Below, piece by piece: positions 1 to 12,689 of a DNA stretch of 64,000 nucleotides. Both the position numbers and the translations under genes were made by a program. Position 1 is the stretch's first letter; each line of letters opens with the position of its first letter. The stretch is from Octopus sinensis. Taxonomy: Eukaryota. The stretch lies in the NCBI RefSeq assembly GCF_006345805.1, contig NC_043009.1:54560001-54624000 (forward strand), in the 5' to 3' direction. The notes under the pieces were generated by a model. That model saw nothing but the letters and a program-made list of their open reading frames with translations, ran no database searches and was not told where the DNA came from.

Positions 1-111
1 CCACGTTTTCATGTTCTAGTCTTTCCAATTTCCAGACAAACGCCATTAAGAAAACACAATTGCTTGTTTGCAGCATACAATTAATATTTGAAAACAAAAT
101 AAATTGTTTTG

Positions 112-133
112 ATATTATTATTATTACTATTAC

Positions 134-187
<54 letters not shown>

Positions 188-350
188 CATCATCATCATC
201 ATCGTCATCATCTTTTTCATCTTTTTTATCTTCTTTTTCTTCTTCTGCATCTTCATCCTCATTATCACCTTCTCTCCTCCTCTTCTTCCTCCTCCTAATC
301 CTCCTTCTTCTTCTTCCGTTTCATCATCATCATCTTCCTCTACTCCTACT
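112..350. repeat. Compound trinucleotide microsatellite (ATT)n-(ATC)n-(TCT/CCT)n
   Basis: Directly visible; explains the poly-I/poly-L/poly-K ORFs at 60-663. Confidence 0.95.
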
Positions 351-834
351 ATTGCTATTTTATCACATTTTTCATTCGTTGATTCTCTTTTCTGTATATT
401 TCCATACATTTTTTTTTCGTTATTTCTATTATATTTTTGTGCATTTTGCTACTTTTACATTTTCTCTTTTTTCTTTCTTTTGTTCTTCCTCTAAAATTAT
501 TTTCCTTCACTTTTTTTCTTTTTCCTTTATTGCTTTCAGTTTTTTTTTTCTTTTTTTTTTTTCTAATGTATTTCATTTGGTACTAATGTTGTTTAATATT
601 TCCAATTACGTGTTGCGAGTGAGTGGCAGGATTAGTTCTAAGCAGGAATGTCTCTTCTATTGATTTGCTGTAACATCTTGTCATAATAGCCTACTGTGCA
701 ATTCTAAATCTATGTAGACCAGAAGCAAGAAAGACTTCTACGTTTTTAATATCGTTTATGTTTTCGTGTTCACATGTACATAAGCATGTATATAAGTAAA
801 AGTATACACGTATACATACATATGTGTATATGTG

Positions 835-879
<45 letters not shown>

Positions 880-1064
880 GCACGTACATACGTATAAATG
901 TGTCTGTCTGGGCGTGTATTCATATATACATATATATACACACATATATACATATATTAGTGTGTGTGTGTGAGTATATATATATATATGTGCATAAATG
1001 TATGTACATACATATATATGCATATATATATGTGATGTTAGTGTGTACGTGTGTGTGTGTGTGT

Positions 1065-1469
1065 GTGGCTGAGGGGTAAGAAGTTTCCTTCCCAATCACA
1101 TGGTTCCGGATTCAGTCCTACTGCAGGGCACCTTGAGCCAGTGTCTTCTACTATATCCTCCGGCCGACCAAGGCTTTGAGAGTGGATTTAGTAGATGGAA
1201 ACTGAAAGAAGCCCGTCATATGTGTGTGAGTGTGGGTGTGTATATTTGTATGTATGTGTGTGTATTTGCTAGTTTGTCCCGCCACCATCGCTTGACAACC
1301 GATTCTGGTGTGTTTACGGTCCAGTAACTTAGCGGTTCGGCATATGAGACCGATATAATAAGTACTAGGCTTACAAAGAATAATTCCTGCCATCGATTTG
1401 TTCGACTAAAGGTGGTGCTCCAGCATGGTCACCGTCAAATGACTGAAACAAATAAAAGAGTAAAAGAAT
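1065..1469 (+). mobile_element. tRNA-derived SINE, family C
   Basis: Head gtggctgaggggtaag..ggttccggattcagtcc (Pol III A/B-box-like), gcaccttgagccagtgtcttctactata, internal TG tract, tail gactgaaacaaataaaagagt; more than 10 similar copies in the window. Confidence 0.85.
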
Positions 1470-1552
1470 ATGTAAATATATATATATGTGTGTGTTCAAA
1501 CATATATATGTATACACACACACATACATACATACATATATATTTATATATA

Positions 1553-1692
1553 GCAGTTCAGCAAAAATAACGATAGAATAAGTACTAGGCTTACTAAAAA
1601 GAATAATTCGATTTGTTCAACTAAGGTGGTGCTCCAGCATAGCCGCTGTCAAATGACTGAAACAAATAAAAGAATAATAGAACAAAAGAATA
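1553..1692 (+). mobile_element. SINE family C, 3' fragment
   Basis: gatagaataagtactaggctt..ggtggtgctccagcat..gactgaaacaaataaaag matches the tail of 1065-1469. Confidence 0.8.
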
Positions 1693-1758
1693 AGTAAATA
1701 TATAGATAGATAGATAGATAGATAGATACATACATACATACATACATACATACATACA

Positions 1759-1791
<33 letters not shown>

Positions 1792-1792
1792 G

Positions 1793-2017
1793 TTTCTTTA
1801 TTATCCACAAGGGGCTAAACACAGAGGGGACAAACAAGGACAGACAAACGGATTAAGTCGATTACATTGACCCCAGTGCGTAACTGGTACTTAATTTATC
1901 GACCCCGAAAGGATGAAAGGCAAAGTCGACCTCGGCGGAATTTGAACTCATAACGTGACGGCAGACGAAATACGGCTACGCATTTCGCCCGGCGTGCTAA
2001 CGGTTCTGCCAGCTCGC
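1793..2017 (-). mobile_element. tRNA-derived SINE family A1 (Deu/Nin-type central domain)
   Basis: Reverse complement reads gcgagctggcagaaccg..gagttcaaattccgccgaggtcgactttgcctttcatcctttcggggtcgataaattaagtacc..ccccttgtggataataaagaaa; the central motif resembles the Deu/Nin SINE domain. Confidence 0.85.
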
Positions 2018-2230
2018 ATACATACATATATACTCGCAAGATGATAGGTGCGTGTTAAATCGAACGACGGATTCGCTCTTCCATCCATGTAGGCCTTAGA
2101 AGATGAAGAATGGGAACCAATACTTGCAACGCACCGTGTCCGGCGTTCTTGCAATTCCATCAATCCAACGCCACGAAATGATACTAAGGGTGTACGTGTC
2201 TCTGTTCTTCATAAGTGTAGCTGTGTGTAT

Positions 2231-2288
<58 letters not shown>

Positions 2289-3180
2289 TGTGTGTGTGTG
2301 TGTGTACGTACGTGCGTGCGCGCTTGCAAAACAAAATTTGTTTGTACAGCTATCACCATTTATTTCTGACTCATTCATCACTGGTCCGGAATAACAACGT
2401 ACGTTCAAGTTTCCACCGTGTTACGCTTATCACGAATTGATCTGTGGGAGCAAGTGTGTGCTTGGACTTCGAAAACGCGCCCCATTGACCATTTACAATG
2501 TTCAGGACAACTTGAGGTCTCTGAATAAAATCTATTGTACCAATAGTCTCTTATTCAGTTATCACTGATTCATTTAACACGGTGTACTTTGGAACGAAAC
2601 ACTCGTGATGAACGAGGACAGATGTACTTGTTTTACAAGTACTATTCAGAGAAATAGGTTTAGAATAAACGCGTATGCATGAGTGTCAGAGGAGTCTGTG
2701 TGGGTGTATGCATGTGTGACTTGATATCTCTGTAATTAAGCCCATGTGTCTATGATTGTGAGTGAATGTGTAAATGTGTGACTTCATACGTGTAAGCGTG
2801 ATATGTATGTGCTTGTGTGTGGAGGATAGGGAGAGGTGTGTGTATGTTCCGTAAAAATCATTTTGAAACAACACATATTTTGGTGGACTATAAAAATCGA
2901 AATCTTCTTTAATTATAACTTCATTATAGATTTAATTAGAAATTAATTAGAAACTAAAAAGATTGTGGGCGTAATTAAAGGGAGTCCTAAATAAAATTGA
3001 TTATAGCTTTCATGGGTTCTATTACTCGCATCAATAGTTGGTTTTTAGAGTTTAGGTTATGTTTAAACAAATCCTTCTGCGTAACATATGAGAGAACACT
3101 GAGTTCTGATTCTTACCAAAAGTGTCCACTTTAATAATGTTCATCTAATCGTCCAATGAAAAGTTAATACGAATGTCCCC

Positions 3181-3670
3181 TAGTGCCGCCTCAGCAACAT
3201 TATAGGCTCCTAGGCAAATCAGTGCGCAGGGCTCGGTAGTATTTATTTATTGTCACCAAACCGTAATATACAGAGATAAGAACTGGACCACCTAGACACA
3301 TGAGGCAGACAAGCAAATCAACTCACTCGTCCTTATAATATTTATTTAATGATAGCAAACAACAACATCCAGAGATAAGAACTGGGGGCGGGGTTAGACA
3401 CGTAAGGCCCATAAGCAAATCAACTCATTCTTGTAGCATTTATTTCACAATAGCAAACGTCAACACACAGATGAGAATTGAGGCCCCTAGATACCAGTGA
3501 GGCCCCAAGTATATCAATGCACTGGTCCCTATAATATTTATTTATTGACAGCAAACCACAACATACAAAAATCAGAAATGGGGTCCCCCCAAACACATGA
3601 TGACCCCATGAAAATCAATGCTCTAGGTCCTATAATATTTATTTATTGACAGCAGATTACAACATACGTA
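3181..3670 (+). repeat. ~99-bp minisatellite array, probably inside a hAT-type non-autonomous element
   Basis: Five diverged monomers (gcaaatcaa..ctataatatttatttattgacagcaaacc..) after the leader tagtgccgcctcagcaacattataggctcc; the same leader and monomer recur at 22331-23139. Confidence 0.7.
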
Positions 3671-3879
3671 GATGCATTAAAGAATACTTTACATTTGCAT
3701 AGTCCTGTAATATATAAGCCTCTGTGTGTGAGTGTGTTTACCCACTTCACTCTTGAGTTTTCTCTGGAGGTTATTTTTAATTTATGAATGTGGTAAGAGG
3801 TTCACAAAAATGTTGGTTGTTTTCTACGAGAAAAAGTGATTTCTAGGCGTCGCTTTTTTCACTTAATTCAGACGATGAG

Positions 3880-3979
3880 NNNNNNNNNNNNNNNNNNNNN
3901 NNNNNNNNNNNNNNNNNNNNNNNNNNNNNNNNNNNNNNNNNNNNNNNNNNNNNNNNNNNNNNNNNNNNNNNNNNNNNNN
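3880..3979. other. Assembly gap (100 N)
   Basis: Run of exactly 100 N, so probably an unsized scaffold gap. Confidence 1.
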
Positions 3980-4344
3980 TAAAACAGAACAAAAGGAAAA
4001 CTATTTTCTTTCTTCAAAGACGCTAACAAATGCAAACATTGACTAAGAAATAGAAAAACGATAGTCACGACGACGGCCTGCAATCACAAACAGCTTCAAT
4101 ATTATTGACTGGTCCGTATCTGAGATCAGCAAAGTTAATGTCAAAATCAGAAACTGATGACAACGCATTGTACGCATCACCGCAAAGTAAAACAAAGGCC
4201 GACTATAACTCCTTTTGAAATGAAGGCGGTCGGGAGTTAATGTAACCTGAATTCACATTGAAAATTGCAACCATGGGACTTTCTGCCTACTTGCCACAAC
4301 AAGCAATGACTGGATGTTAATTTGGTTCTGAAACATAAGATACC

Positions 4345-4571
4345 TATTTCTTTACTAACCCCACAAGGGGCTAAACACTGAGAGGACAAACAAGACAGAC
4401 AAACGAATTAAGTCGATTATATCGACCCCGTGCGTGACTGGTACTTATTTTAATCGACCCCGAAAGGATGAAAGGCAAAGTTGACCTCGGTGGATTTGAA
4501 CTCAGAACGTAGCGGCAGACGAAATACCGCTAGCATTTCGCCGGCGTGGCTAACGCCTCTGCCAAGCTCGC
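4345..4571 (-). mobile_element. SINE family A1
   Basis: Same sequence family as 1793-2017; interrupts the LINE. Confidence 0.85.
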
Positions 4572-5065
4572 TAGGTTGTACTCAATGACGGAAAAACGAA
4601 ATAATAGTCCTTCAGAAATGCAGCGAGACGAACTAGTACCCGAGAAAATGTGCCCCCAGTTGAAGAAGCAAAACAAGTAAAAGAAATATTGCAAAGCAAA
4701 CCAGCCCCCAATACACCAAGAAGGAATAGTGAGGAGAAAAAAATCTACTGCATAGTAAATACCCGGTTAGAGACAGGAGCCCAGACTAAAGCCTTACCTA
4801 TCAGAGGCTGACGTGTTTTGGTCATTAGCCGGAAATTGATGGGTATATTATTGCTCCTCGAGATCAGCATCTTGCAACTAGGAATTACCAAAGTAATGTT
4901 CTAAACCATGAAAACAGCGCACTGTGCCTCATATGCGGGAACAGTGACAGGCAACTGCCCACATAATCTCTGGATACAGCCGACTGGCACTAACATAGTA
5001 CTTGCAAATACAAGAAAGGGCGGCTCAGTGCATACCCTGATTAATAAGCCGTATATACCGTATAT

Positions 5066-5379
5066 GTGGAGGCGCAATGGCCTAGTGGTTAGGGCAGCGG
5101 ACTCGCGGTCGTAGGATCGCGGTTTCGATTCCTAGACCGGGCGTTGTGAGTGTTTATTGAGCGAAAACACCTAAAAGTTCCACGTGGCTCCAGCGGGTGG
5201 GGGGAGGTGATCCCTGCTGTACTCTTTCACCACTCTTTCTCTCACTCTTTAATCTGTTGGCCTGCTCGCTTAGCCAACGGGGTGGCGTCATTCGAAGACT
5301 AAAAAAAAACAATGCGAACGCATTGTGGCCAGCGATGTGTAGCAACATCTGATGGTCTGGTCGGTCACGTGATCATGTG
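5066..5379 (+). mobile_element. tRNA-derived SINE family B, tail type B2, with 13-bp TSD
   Basis: Head gtggaggcgcaatggcctagtggttagggcagcggactcgcggtcgtaggatcgcggtttcgattcc; TSD atataccgtatat at 5053-5065 and 5380-5392. Confidence 0.92.
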
Positions 5380-5610
5380 ATATACCGTATATACAACATT
5401 CCTCACAACGATAGTTGGTGGGAATACAAACTACCACAATTTGTCCAGAATGCTGGAGTTGCCATCCTTTGGAATTTCAGCGTCTAGAATCATCGGCAAA
5501 TTCAAGCTAACCGATCAGAGATTGTGAAAAAAATCATGTTGAAAGGTCGTCTTTTATGACTGACTAAAATACATCTCTGACAAAGGTTTGAGAAATTTAG
5601 CAGATATATG

Positions 5611-5837
5611 TTTCTTTATTACCCACAAGGGGCTAAACATAGAGGGGACAAACGAGGACAGACAAACGGATTAAGTCGATTACATCGACTCCAGTGCGTA
5701 ACTGGTACTTAATTTATCGACCCCGAAAGGATGAAAGGCAAAGTCGACCTCGGCGGAATTCGAACTCAGAACGTAGCAACGGGCGAAATACCGCGAAGTA
5801 CTTCGCCCGGCGTGCTAACGTCTCTGCCAGCTCGCCG
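5611..5837 (-). mobile_element. SINE family A1
   Basis: Full-length family A1 match. Confidence 0.88.
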
Positions 5838-6254
5838 TACTTCATGAGAGAAATCGGATGAATGTGGCATTACAAATCAAAAGCGTTACTCATTGTTATT
5901 GGGAAATTTGGACTGATATCAAAAGGAGCATACAAAATGTCTAGAATAAATTCCTCACAGTCTCAAGAATAAGAGAATTGCAAAAGATCATGCTTATAGG
6001 AACCTCGCAGTTTTTACTTAAAATGCCTTTCCATATAAATACAATTTTATCCATTCAGTATTACTATAATTTTTATAAGTAGAATGTTTGCACAAAGACA
6101 TCAGTTTCTTTTGTCTTGTTTTTACTTTTGCTTTTGTCTTTTTTTTTCAATTGCATGGTGTCCCAAATGTTAGTATTTTGGATACAAAGATTCGGTGTCC
6201 CTTGACGTCTCTGGTTGAGACATGGATGCAGCTTGTATAAATTAAATCAAAGTA

Positions 6255-6257
6255 ATG

Positions 6258-6296
<39 letters not shown>

Positions 6297-6417
6297 GTAA
6301 TAATAATAATAATGATGATGATGATGATGATGATGATGAGGAGGATGATGATGATGATGAGGATGATGATGATGATGGTAGTGGTGGTGGTGGTGGTGGT
6401 GATGGTGGTGGTGGTGG

Positions 6418-6476
<59 letters not shown>

Positions 6477-6624
6477 ACGGTGGTGGTGGTGGTGGCGGTG
6501 GTGGTGGTGGTGGTGGTGTTGATGATGATGATGATGATGATGATGATAATGATGATGATAATAATGATAATAATAAAATAATAATAATAATAATAAAATA
6601 ATAATAATAATAATAATAATAATA
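6255..6624. repeat. Compound microsatellite AAT-GAT-GGT-GAT-GGT-GAT-AAT
   Basis: Directly visible; source of the poly-N/D/G/H/M ORFs. Confidence 0.95.
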
Positions 6625-7174
6625 GCAAGCTGTGCCGACACTAAGGAATAACAGCAGAAAAATGATGGTATAGGCATACGCCAGGAATGGTCACAGAAAA
6701 TGAGAAAGCAACCATACTCTGGAATATGCCAATATACACAGAGAAATCAAGGCTAATAGTCCGGATATAGATGTCGGAGATCACCAAAAGAAATAATACT
6801 TTCTAATCGATGTATCAGTACCAACAGATGACAATGTTTCTCTAAAGGAAACGGAGAAACTTTCAAAATAGAAAGATTTGGAAAAAGGTAACTCGAATGT
6901 GGAGCCTAAAAACAGAAACAATTTCTATTGTTGTAAGCGCATTAGGTATGATAAAAAAAAACATTCAGACAAATACATAACAAAAGCTCCAGGACTTACA
7001 AATATATATATAGCATACAGAAAATAGCACTACTATGCACTGCATACAACCTACGTAAAACACTTTCAGTACGGTGAAAATAAGAGCAACACAACAAACC
7101 ACAGCACATACCCAAGGCACACAGAGCTGCGCTCTGTAGTGCAGTGAAAGCAAGTGATAAAAATAAGACTACTG
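6625..7174 (+). mobile_element. 5'-truncated R4/Dong LINE (REL endonuclease plus 3'UTR) flanked by (AAT)n
   Basis: Translation ENEKATILW..REIKANSPDI..FLIDVSVPTDDNVSLKETEKLSK*KDLE..MWSLKTETISIVVSALG..IQKIALLCTAYNLRKTL; (AAT)n on both sides. Confidence 0.88.
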
Positions 7175-7193
7175 AATAATAATAATAATAATG

Positions 7194-7275
<82 letters not shown>

Positions 7276-7429
7276 GGATGATGATGATAACACTCTTTAA
7301 TTTTGGCACAAAGCCAGCATATGAGAAGAAGAAGAAGAAGAAGAAGAAGAAGAAGAAGAATATGACTGTACCCTGTGATGTTTGTCATAAAATCTACACG
7401 ACTCTTCTCCCCAAACTTGTTATTGGGCT

Positions 7430-7762
7430 TTAAAGGGTAAAGACCCCCTTCGGTCATGAATGACCATGGGATTGCACCTAGAAAGTTACCCTCCTAGACA
7501 CAAGTCCGGGCAAGGTTGTTTTATGGAAGACCAGCAGTCGCCCATGCATACAAGCCTCCCCTCTCCACGCCACCAGTGTTATCCAAGAGAAAGACAAAGG
7601 TCGATACAGCTTGGCACCAGTGACGTCGCAACTCATTTCTACAGCTGAGTGAACTGGAGCAACGTGAAATAAAGTGCCTTGCTCAAGAACACAACACGCA
7701 GCCCGGTCCGGGATTCGAGCTCACAATCACGATCGTAAGCTCGACGCTCTAACCACTGAGCC
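7430..7762 (-). mobile_element. tRNA-derived CORE-type SINE, family D
   Basis: Reverse complement ggctcagtggttagagcgtcgagc..cgaatcccggaccggg..gtgttcttgagcaaggcactttatttcacgttgctccagttcactcagctgtagaaatgag (CORE-like). Confidence 0.8.
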
Positions 7763-7789
7763 CAAAATTGAGCATCTCAAATAATAAAC

Positions 7790-8598
7790 TAAAAAACGGT
7801 AGTGAGAGAATGCCTTCAATGCGATCTTTGAGAAGTTAAATATCAACATGTCTGATTAGATAGCAGGAGTTTGTAAAGAGTAAGAATAAGCAAAAACCAT
7901 TATCGCTTACGCTTTAGAAAATAAAACACTAAACAGAGGCAACTCAACAAGAATACTGCAATGAAAAAACATCAGATATAACAGCAAACATCCGGTAGTA
8001 GTGGAAAATTTCGAAAGGAATGTTTACGGAACAACGAATCGTAATCCTAAATATCAAGGAAGGCCACCGCTTCAAAGAAGACATCGGACTAAACAACGAA
8101 GCAATCTGAATTATCATGAGCTAGATGAAAAGAGCGATGAACTTAACAGAAACTAATCAGCTCATATATGAGGTCATTTTAACTACCACAGATATTCGAA
8201 GGAAAAGATCAAGTTAGCAACAGCAACGATAGAAAATGAAAATGAAACAGGAAGCAACCAGTTTCAAAAGAGAAAATCGAGAACGAAATCAGGAAACTAA
8301 GATGAAAGATATCACCCTTCAGTGGAATCGAGAAAGGTACCAGTGCCAAAAAGAGAAAAAATGCAACGAGAGTTCAACATCACACAGAAGGATAATATTC
8401 CATTAATTAAAGAGACACTAGAAGAACAGATTCAAGCAAAACACAGAGACTAAGGAAATTCGACAAGAAGAATAACTTCTTCAACCAAATCAAGATTCCT
8501 AAAGATCCCAAGAAAATGCCAAGAACTACCGTGGGCTAAGCTAGAAGATAACCGTCAATGAACCATCACTATCAATGAAGTAGAGGAATTCTGAACAT
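7790..8598 (+). mobile_element. Decayed R4/Dong LINE, N-terminal part of the ORF
   Basis: MNLTETNQLIY, RKIENEIRKLR and IPLIKETLEEQIQAK..QRLRKFDKKNNFFNQ parallel the 34128-34511 ORF of the larger R4 copy. Confidence 0.65.
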
Positions 8599-8684
8599 GC
8601 GGGGAAGACAAAACAAAATAAAAACAAAAACACACAATAAAAGAGCTACATGGATCCAACATCAACAGGACCAACGCGAAGATA

Positions 8685-9319
8685 CAGAGAGCATACGCAA
8701 AGTTTTCAAAAGTTTTCATCGTTCTCGAAACAATCAAGGAGATCTTGTGCAACTGAAACCCAAGTGTCCTATTTGGTCAGATGAAAACCGTTTTGGTACA
8801 AACTTGACAGACACACGTCTCATACGTAAATCTTCAGTGATAATGGACTGAACTGAACCATAACTAATCTGCATATCTGATAACTCACGGATGGTGATTC
8901 AACGATTTCCTCTCACAGCTGCATGCACATCTGTGATGTATTTCTCAGTTCTGCTGGTTGCAGGTCTTCCAGAACGTTCGTCAATATCGACATTTTTCGG
9001 CAATCTTGGAAACGTCTGAACCACTCGTACACTTGTATGCGACGCATACACTCCTCTCCATACACTTTCTGCAAACTTACATAGGCCTCTGAGCAGGTAT
9101 CGCCACGACAACTTTCTCTGTCATGGTCAATACGACGATCACACGCTACACACCTTCCTTCTAACCATTGCTGTAAACAGCGGAAGTTAACTAGAACAAT
9201 AAAACTTAGTGTGCATGCACAGCAGTGTTTATGCTCAACCTGTGCTGAACGGCTTCCCTCTGTGTGCTTTAGCTTCGTTACTATGGCAACAACAGTCCGG
9301 ATACTTATTGATCAGACCT
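8685..9319 (-). mobile_element. Non-autonomous mariner (irritans-like TIR), 5' part
   Basis: TIR aggtctgatcaataagtatccggact; translations DERSGRPATSRTEKYITDVHAAVRGNR and ISYGSVQSIITEDLRMRRVSVKFVPK; related copy at 57010-57693. Confidence 0.82.
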
Positions 9320-9534
9320 TAAAAAAAATATATATATATATGCACATATATACATATACGCATATATACATATATATACATATACGCATATATACATACA
9401 TATTATTATAGAATATATCCCCATCCACATACGCTCTCTGTTTCTATAGCTCACCTCGATCGTCATTTGCTTAATTCCTCCACTAATATCCATCTCTCTT
9501 ACTTTCTCTTTCCTGCTATCTCTCTATCTATCCT

Positions 9535-9540
9535 TGTCTA

Positions 9541-9573
<33 letters not shown>

Positions 9574-9890
9574 ATCTCTCTATCTCTATCTATCTACCTA
9601 TCTCTTCGATGTTCCAACGGTAGTAGAGTAGAGTAAGAGAAGAAAAACTTCCAAGAAGAAGAAGAGGAGGAGGAACAAGAAGAAGAAGAAGAACAACAAC
9701 AACAACAACAACAAGAATTAGAAGAAGAAGAAGAAGAAGAAGAAGAAGAAGAAGAATAGGAGGAGGAGGAGGAGGAGGAGGAGGAAGAGGAAAAGAAGAA
9801 GAAGAAGAAGAAGAAGAGGAACAACAACAACAACAACAACTAGAAGAAGAAGAAGAAGAAGAAGAAGTGGTGGTGGTGGTGGTGGCGGGG
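9535..9890. repeat. (TC)n/(TCTA)n plus compound (GAA/CAA/GAG/GGT)n microsatellite
   Basis: Directly visible. Confidence 0.95.
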
Positions 9891-10289
9891 CGCGAGGGAG
9901 AAATCAATAGCATTAGGCGGAACTGGAAACTAACGGGGAGTGTCACCTTCTGTGTGTAATGACTAACTACGCGCCATACCTTACTCCCTCTAATACGCGG
10001 TGCAAACAACACGAATCATTAAAAAGCGGAACAGCTCAAACGCATACCCATACAAGCCTGCGCACGCATATACATACATAGCTGAATGCATAACTGGAAG
10101 TAAAACACACAAGCAGACGTGCAAATACAATACATACCAACATAGAAGCGGGACCTACATATACATATACAGACGGCATACATATACAGACCGCTTAAAC
10201 AGACAGGTACCATATACTTACAAACACAAGCAAAGAAATATAAAGCGATGGAAAGCATGCATGTGCAAGTGTGAGGGTGTGTATGACAC

Positions 10290-11549
10290 TATATTTAAGT
10301 GTATATTAAGGCGGCGAGCTGGCAGAAACGTTAGCACGCCGGGCGAAATGCGTAGCCGTATTTCGTCTGCCGTTACGTTCTGAGTTCAAATTCCGCCGAG
10401 GTCGACTTTGCCTTTCATCTTTTCTGGGTCGATAAATTAAGTACCAGTTACGCATTGGGGTCGATGTAATCGACTTAATCCGTTTGTCTGTCCTCGTTTG
10501 TCCCCTCTGTGTTTAGCCCCTTTTGGGTAGTAAAGAAATATATATTTAAGTGTATATTAAGGCGGCGAGCTGGCAGAAACGTTAGCACGCCGGGCGAAAT
10601 GCGTAGCCGTATTTCGTCTGCCGTACGTTCTGAGTTAAATTCCGCCGAGGTCGACTTTGCCTTTCATCTTTTCTGGGTCGATAAATTAAGTACCATACGC
10701 ATTGGGGTCGATGTAATCGACTTAATCCGTTTGTCTGTCCTCGTTTGTCCCCTCTGTGTTTAGCCCCTTTTGGGTAGTAAAGAAATATATATTAAGTGTA
10801 TATTAAGCGGCGAGCTGGCAGAAACGTTAGCACGCCGGGCGAAATGCGTAGCCGTATTTCGTCTGCCGTTACGTTTTGAGTTCAATTCGCCGAGGTCGAC
10901 TTTGCCTTTCATCCTTTCTGGGTCGATAAATTAAGTACCAGTTACGCATTGGGGTCGATGTAATCGACTTAATCCGTTTGTCTGTCCTCGTTTGTCCCCT
11001 CTGTGTTTAGCCCCTTTTGGGTAGTAAAGAAATATATATTTAAGTGTATATTAAGGCGGCGAGCTGGCAGAAACGTTAGCACGCCGGGCGAAATGCGTAG
11101 CCGTATTTCGTCTGCCGTTACATTCTGAGTTCAAATTCCGCCGAGGTCGACTTTGCCTTTCATCCTTTCTGGGTCGATAAATTAAGTACCAGTTACGCAC
11201 TGGGGTCGATGTAATCGACTTAATCCCTTTGTCTGTCCTTGTTTGTCCCCTCTGTGTTTAGCCCCTTTTGGGTAGTAAAGAAATATATATTTAAGTATAT
11301 ATTAAGGCGGCGAGCTGGCAGAAACGTTAGCACGCCGGGCGAAATGCGTAGCCGTATTTCGTCTGCCGTTACGTTCTGAGTTCAAATTCCGCCGAGGTCG
11401 ACTTTGCCTTTCATCCTTTCGGGGTCGATAAATTAAGTACCAGTTACGCACTGGGGTCGATGTAATCGACTTAATCCCTTTGTCTGTCCTTGTTTGTCCC
11501 CTCTGTGTTTAGCCCCTTGTGGGTAGTAAAGAAATATATATTTAAGTGT
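10290..11549 (+). repeat. Head-to-tail array of five SINE A1 copies (~250-bp period)
   Basis: Copies start at 10310, 10561, ~10807, 11055 and 11306; linker and flanks tatatttaagtgt (10290-10302 and 11537-11549). Confidence 0.95.
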
Positions 11550-11601
11550 GTGGATGAATATATGTGTGAGAGCATGTATTTTTTGTATATATATATATAT
11601 T

Positions 11602-11730
11602 GACGTTGGAGTGGCTGTGTGGCGAGTAGCTTGCTTACGAACTGCATGGTTCCGGGTTCAGTCCCACTGCGTGGCACCTTGGGCAAGTGTCTTCTACTAT
11701 AGCCTCGGGCCGACCAAAGTCTTGTGAGTG
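11602..11730 (+). mobile_element. SINE family C, 5' head only
   Basis: gacgttggagtggctgtgtgg..ggttccgggttcagtcccactgcgtggcaccttgggcaagtg. Confidence 0.85.
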
Positions 11731-11816
11731 TGTGTGTGTGTGTGGTATATATACAAATACCAATAAAGATACAAAACATACTATACACACGCACATAACA
11801 TGCATACCATACAAGA

Positions 11817-11851
<35 letters not shown>

Positions 11852-11981
11852 CGTACAAGACATAAACACAAACACAAAGAATGAAGTACACGTATATAAA
11901 CACACACAAAATATAAACAATACACACACACACACATAATTACAGATACAGATACAGAAATAAGCACACACAAACACACAT

Positions 11982-12383
11982 ATACTCTTTTTACTCTTTT
12001 ACTTGTTTCAGTCATGTGACTGTGGCCTTGCTGGAGCACCACTTTTAGTCGAGCAAATCGACCGCAGGACTTATTCTTTGTAAGCCTATCGGTCTCTTTT
12101 GCCGAACCGCTAAGTTATGGGGCGTAAACACACCAGCATCGGTTGTCAAGCGATGTTGGGGACACAAACACAGACACACAAACATATACAGACACACAAA
12201 CATACATATATACATATATACGACGGGCTTCTTTCAGTTTCCGTCTACTAAATGCACTCACAAGGCTTTGGTCGGCCCGAGGTTATAGAACAAGACACTT
12301 GCCCAAGGTGCCACGCAGTGGGACTGAACCCGGAACCATGTGGTTGGTAAGCAAGCTACTTACTACACAGCCACTCGTACGTC

Positions 12384-12384
<1 letters not shown>
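11982..12384 (-). mobile_element. SINE family C, full length
   Basis: Reverse complement of the family C head, internal microsatellite and aaaagagt tail. Confidence 0.88.
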
Positions 12385-12433
<49 letters not shown>

Positions 12434-12689
12434 AAAAATTCATACTCTCAAGCATATATTCTTTCACACACTTACATATTGTCATGCACACACGCACATT
12501 CATTGTATGTCATCAGGTGGTGCACGTTTACATCCTACATCCATTTTGGGTACTTCCTGTGTTTTACAGTGTTCCTTTCGGTTTTCTGTGCTTAAAGCTG
12601 ACCATGGTATTTTGCTCTCTAATTCACACGTTTCACGTGAAAATTTAACCGTTTTCTATTGGTGGGGTTACTGGGATATGGAACTCTTT

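Larger units (their letters stand above)
3980..6036 (+). mobile_element. Decayed R4/Dong-clade (REL) LINE, RT C-terminus to end, split by three SINEs
   Basis: Frameshifted translations SFNIIDWSVSEISKVNVKI, YIIAPRDQHLATRNYQSNVL..LCLICG (zinc knuckle), WWEYKLPQFVQNAGVAILWNF and LQKIMLIGT match R4/Dong motifs. Confidence 0.75.

Noticed and set aside
2040-2640. GC-balanced non-repetitive stretch with short ORFs
   Set aside because: No recognisable domain or consistent splice signals.
5066-5140. tRNA-like sequences with A and B boxes (heads of families A-D)
   Set aside because: Each continues into a multicopy SINE body, some with TSDs, and no complete cloverleaf followed by a terminator was evident; not called tRNA genes.
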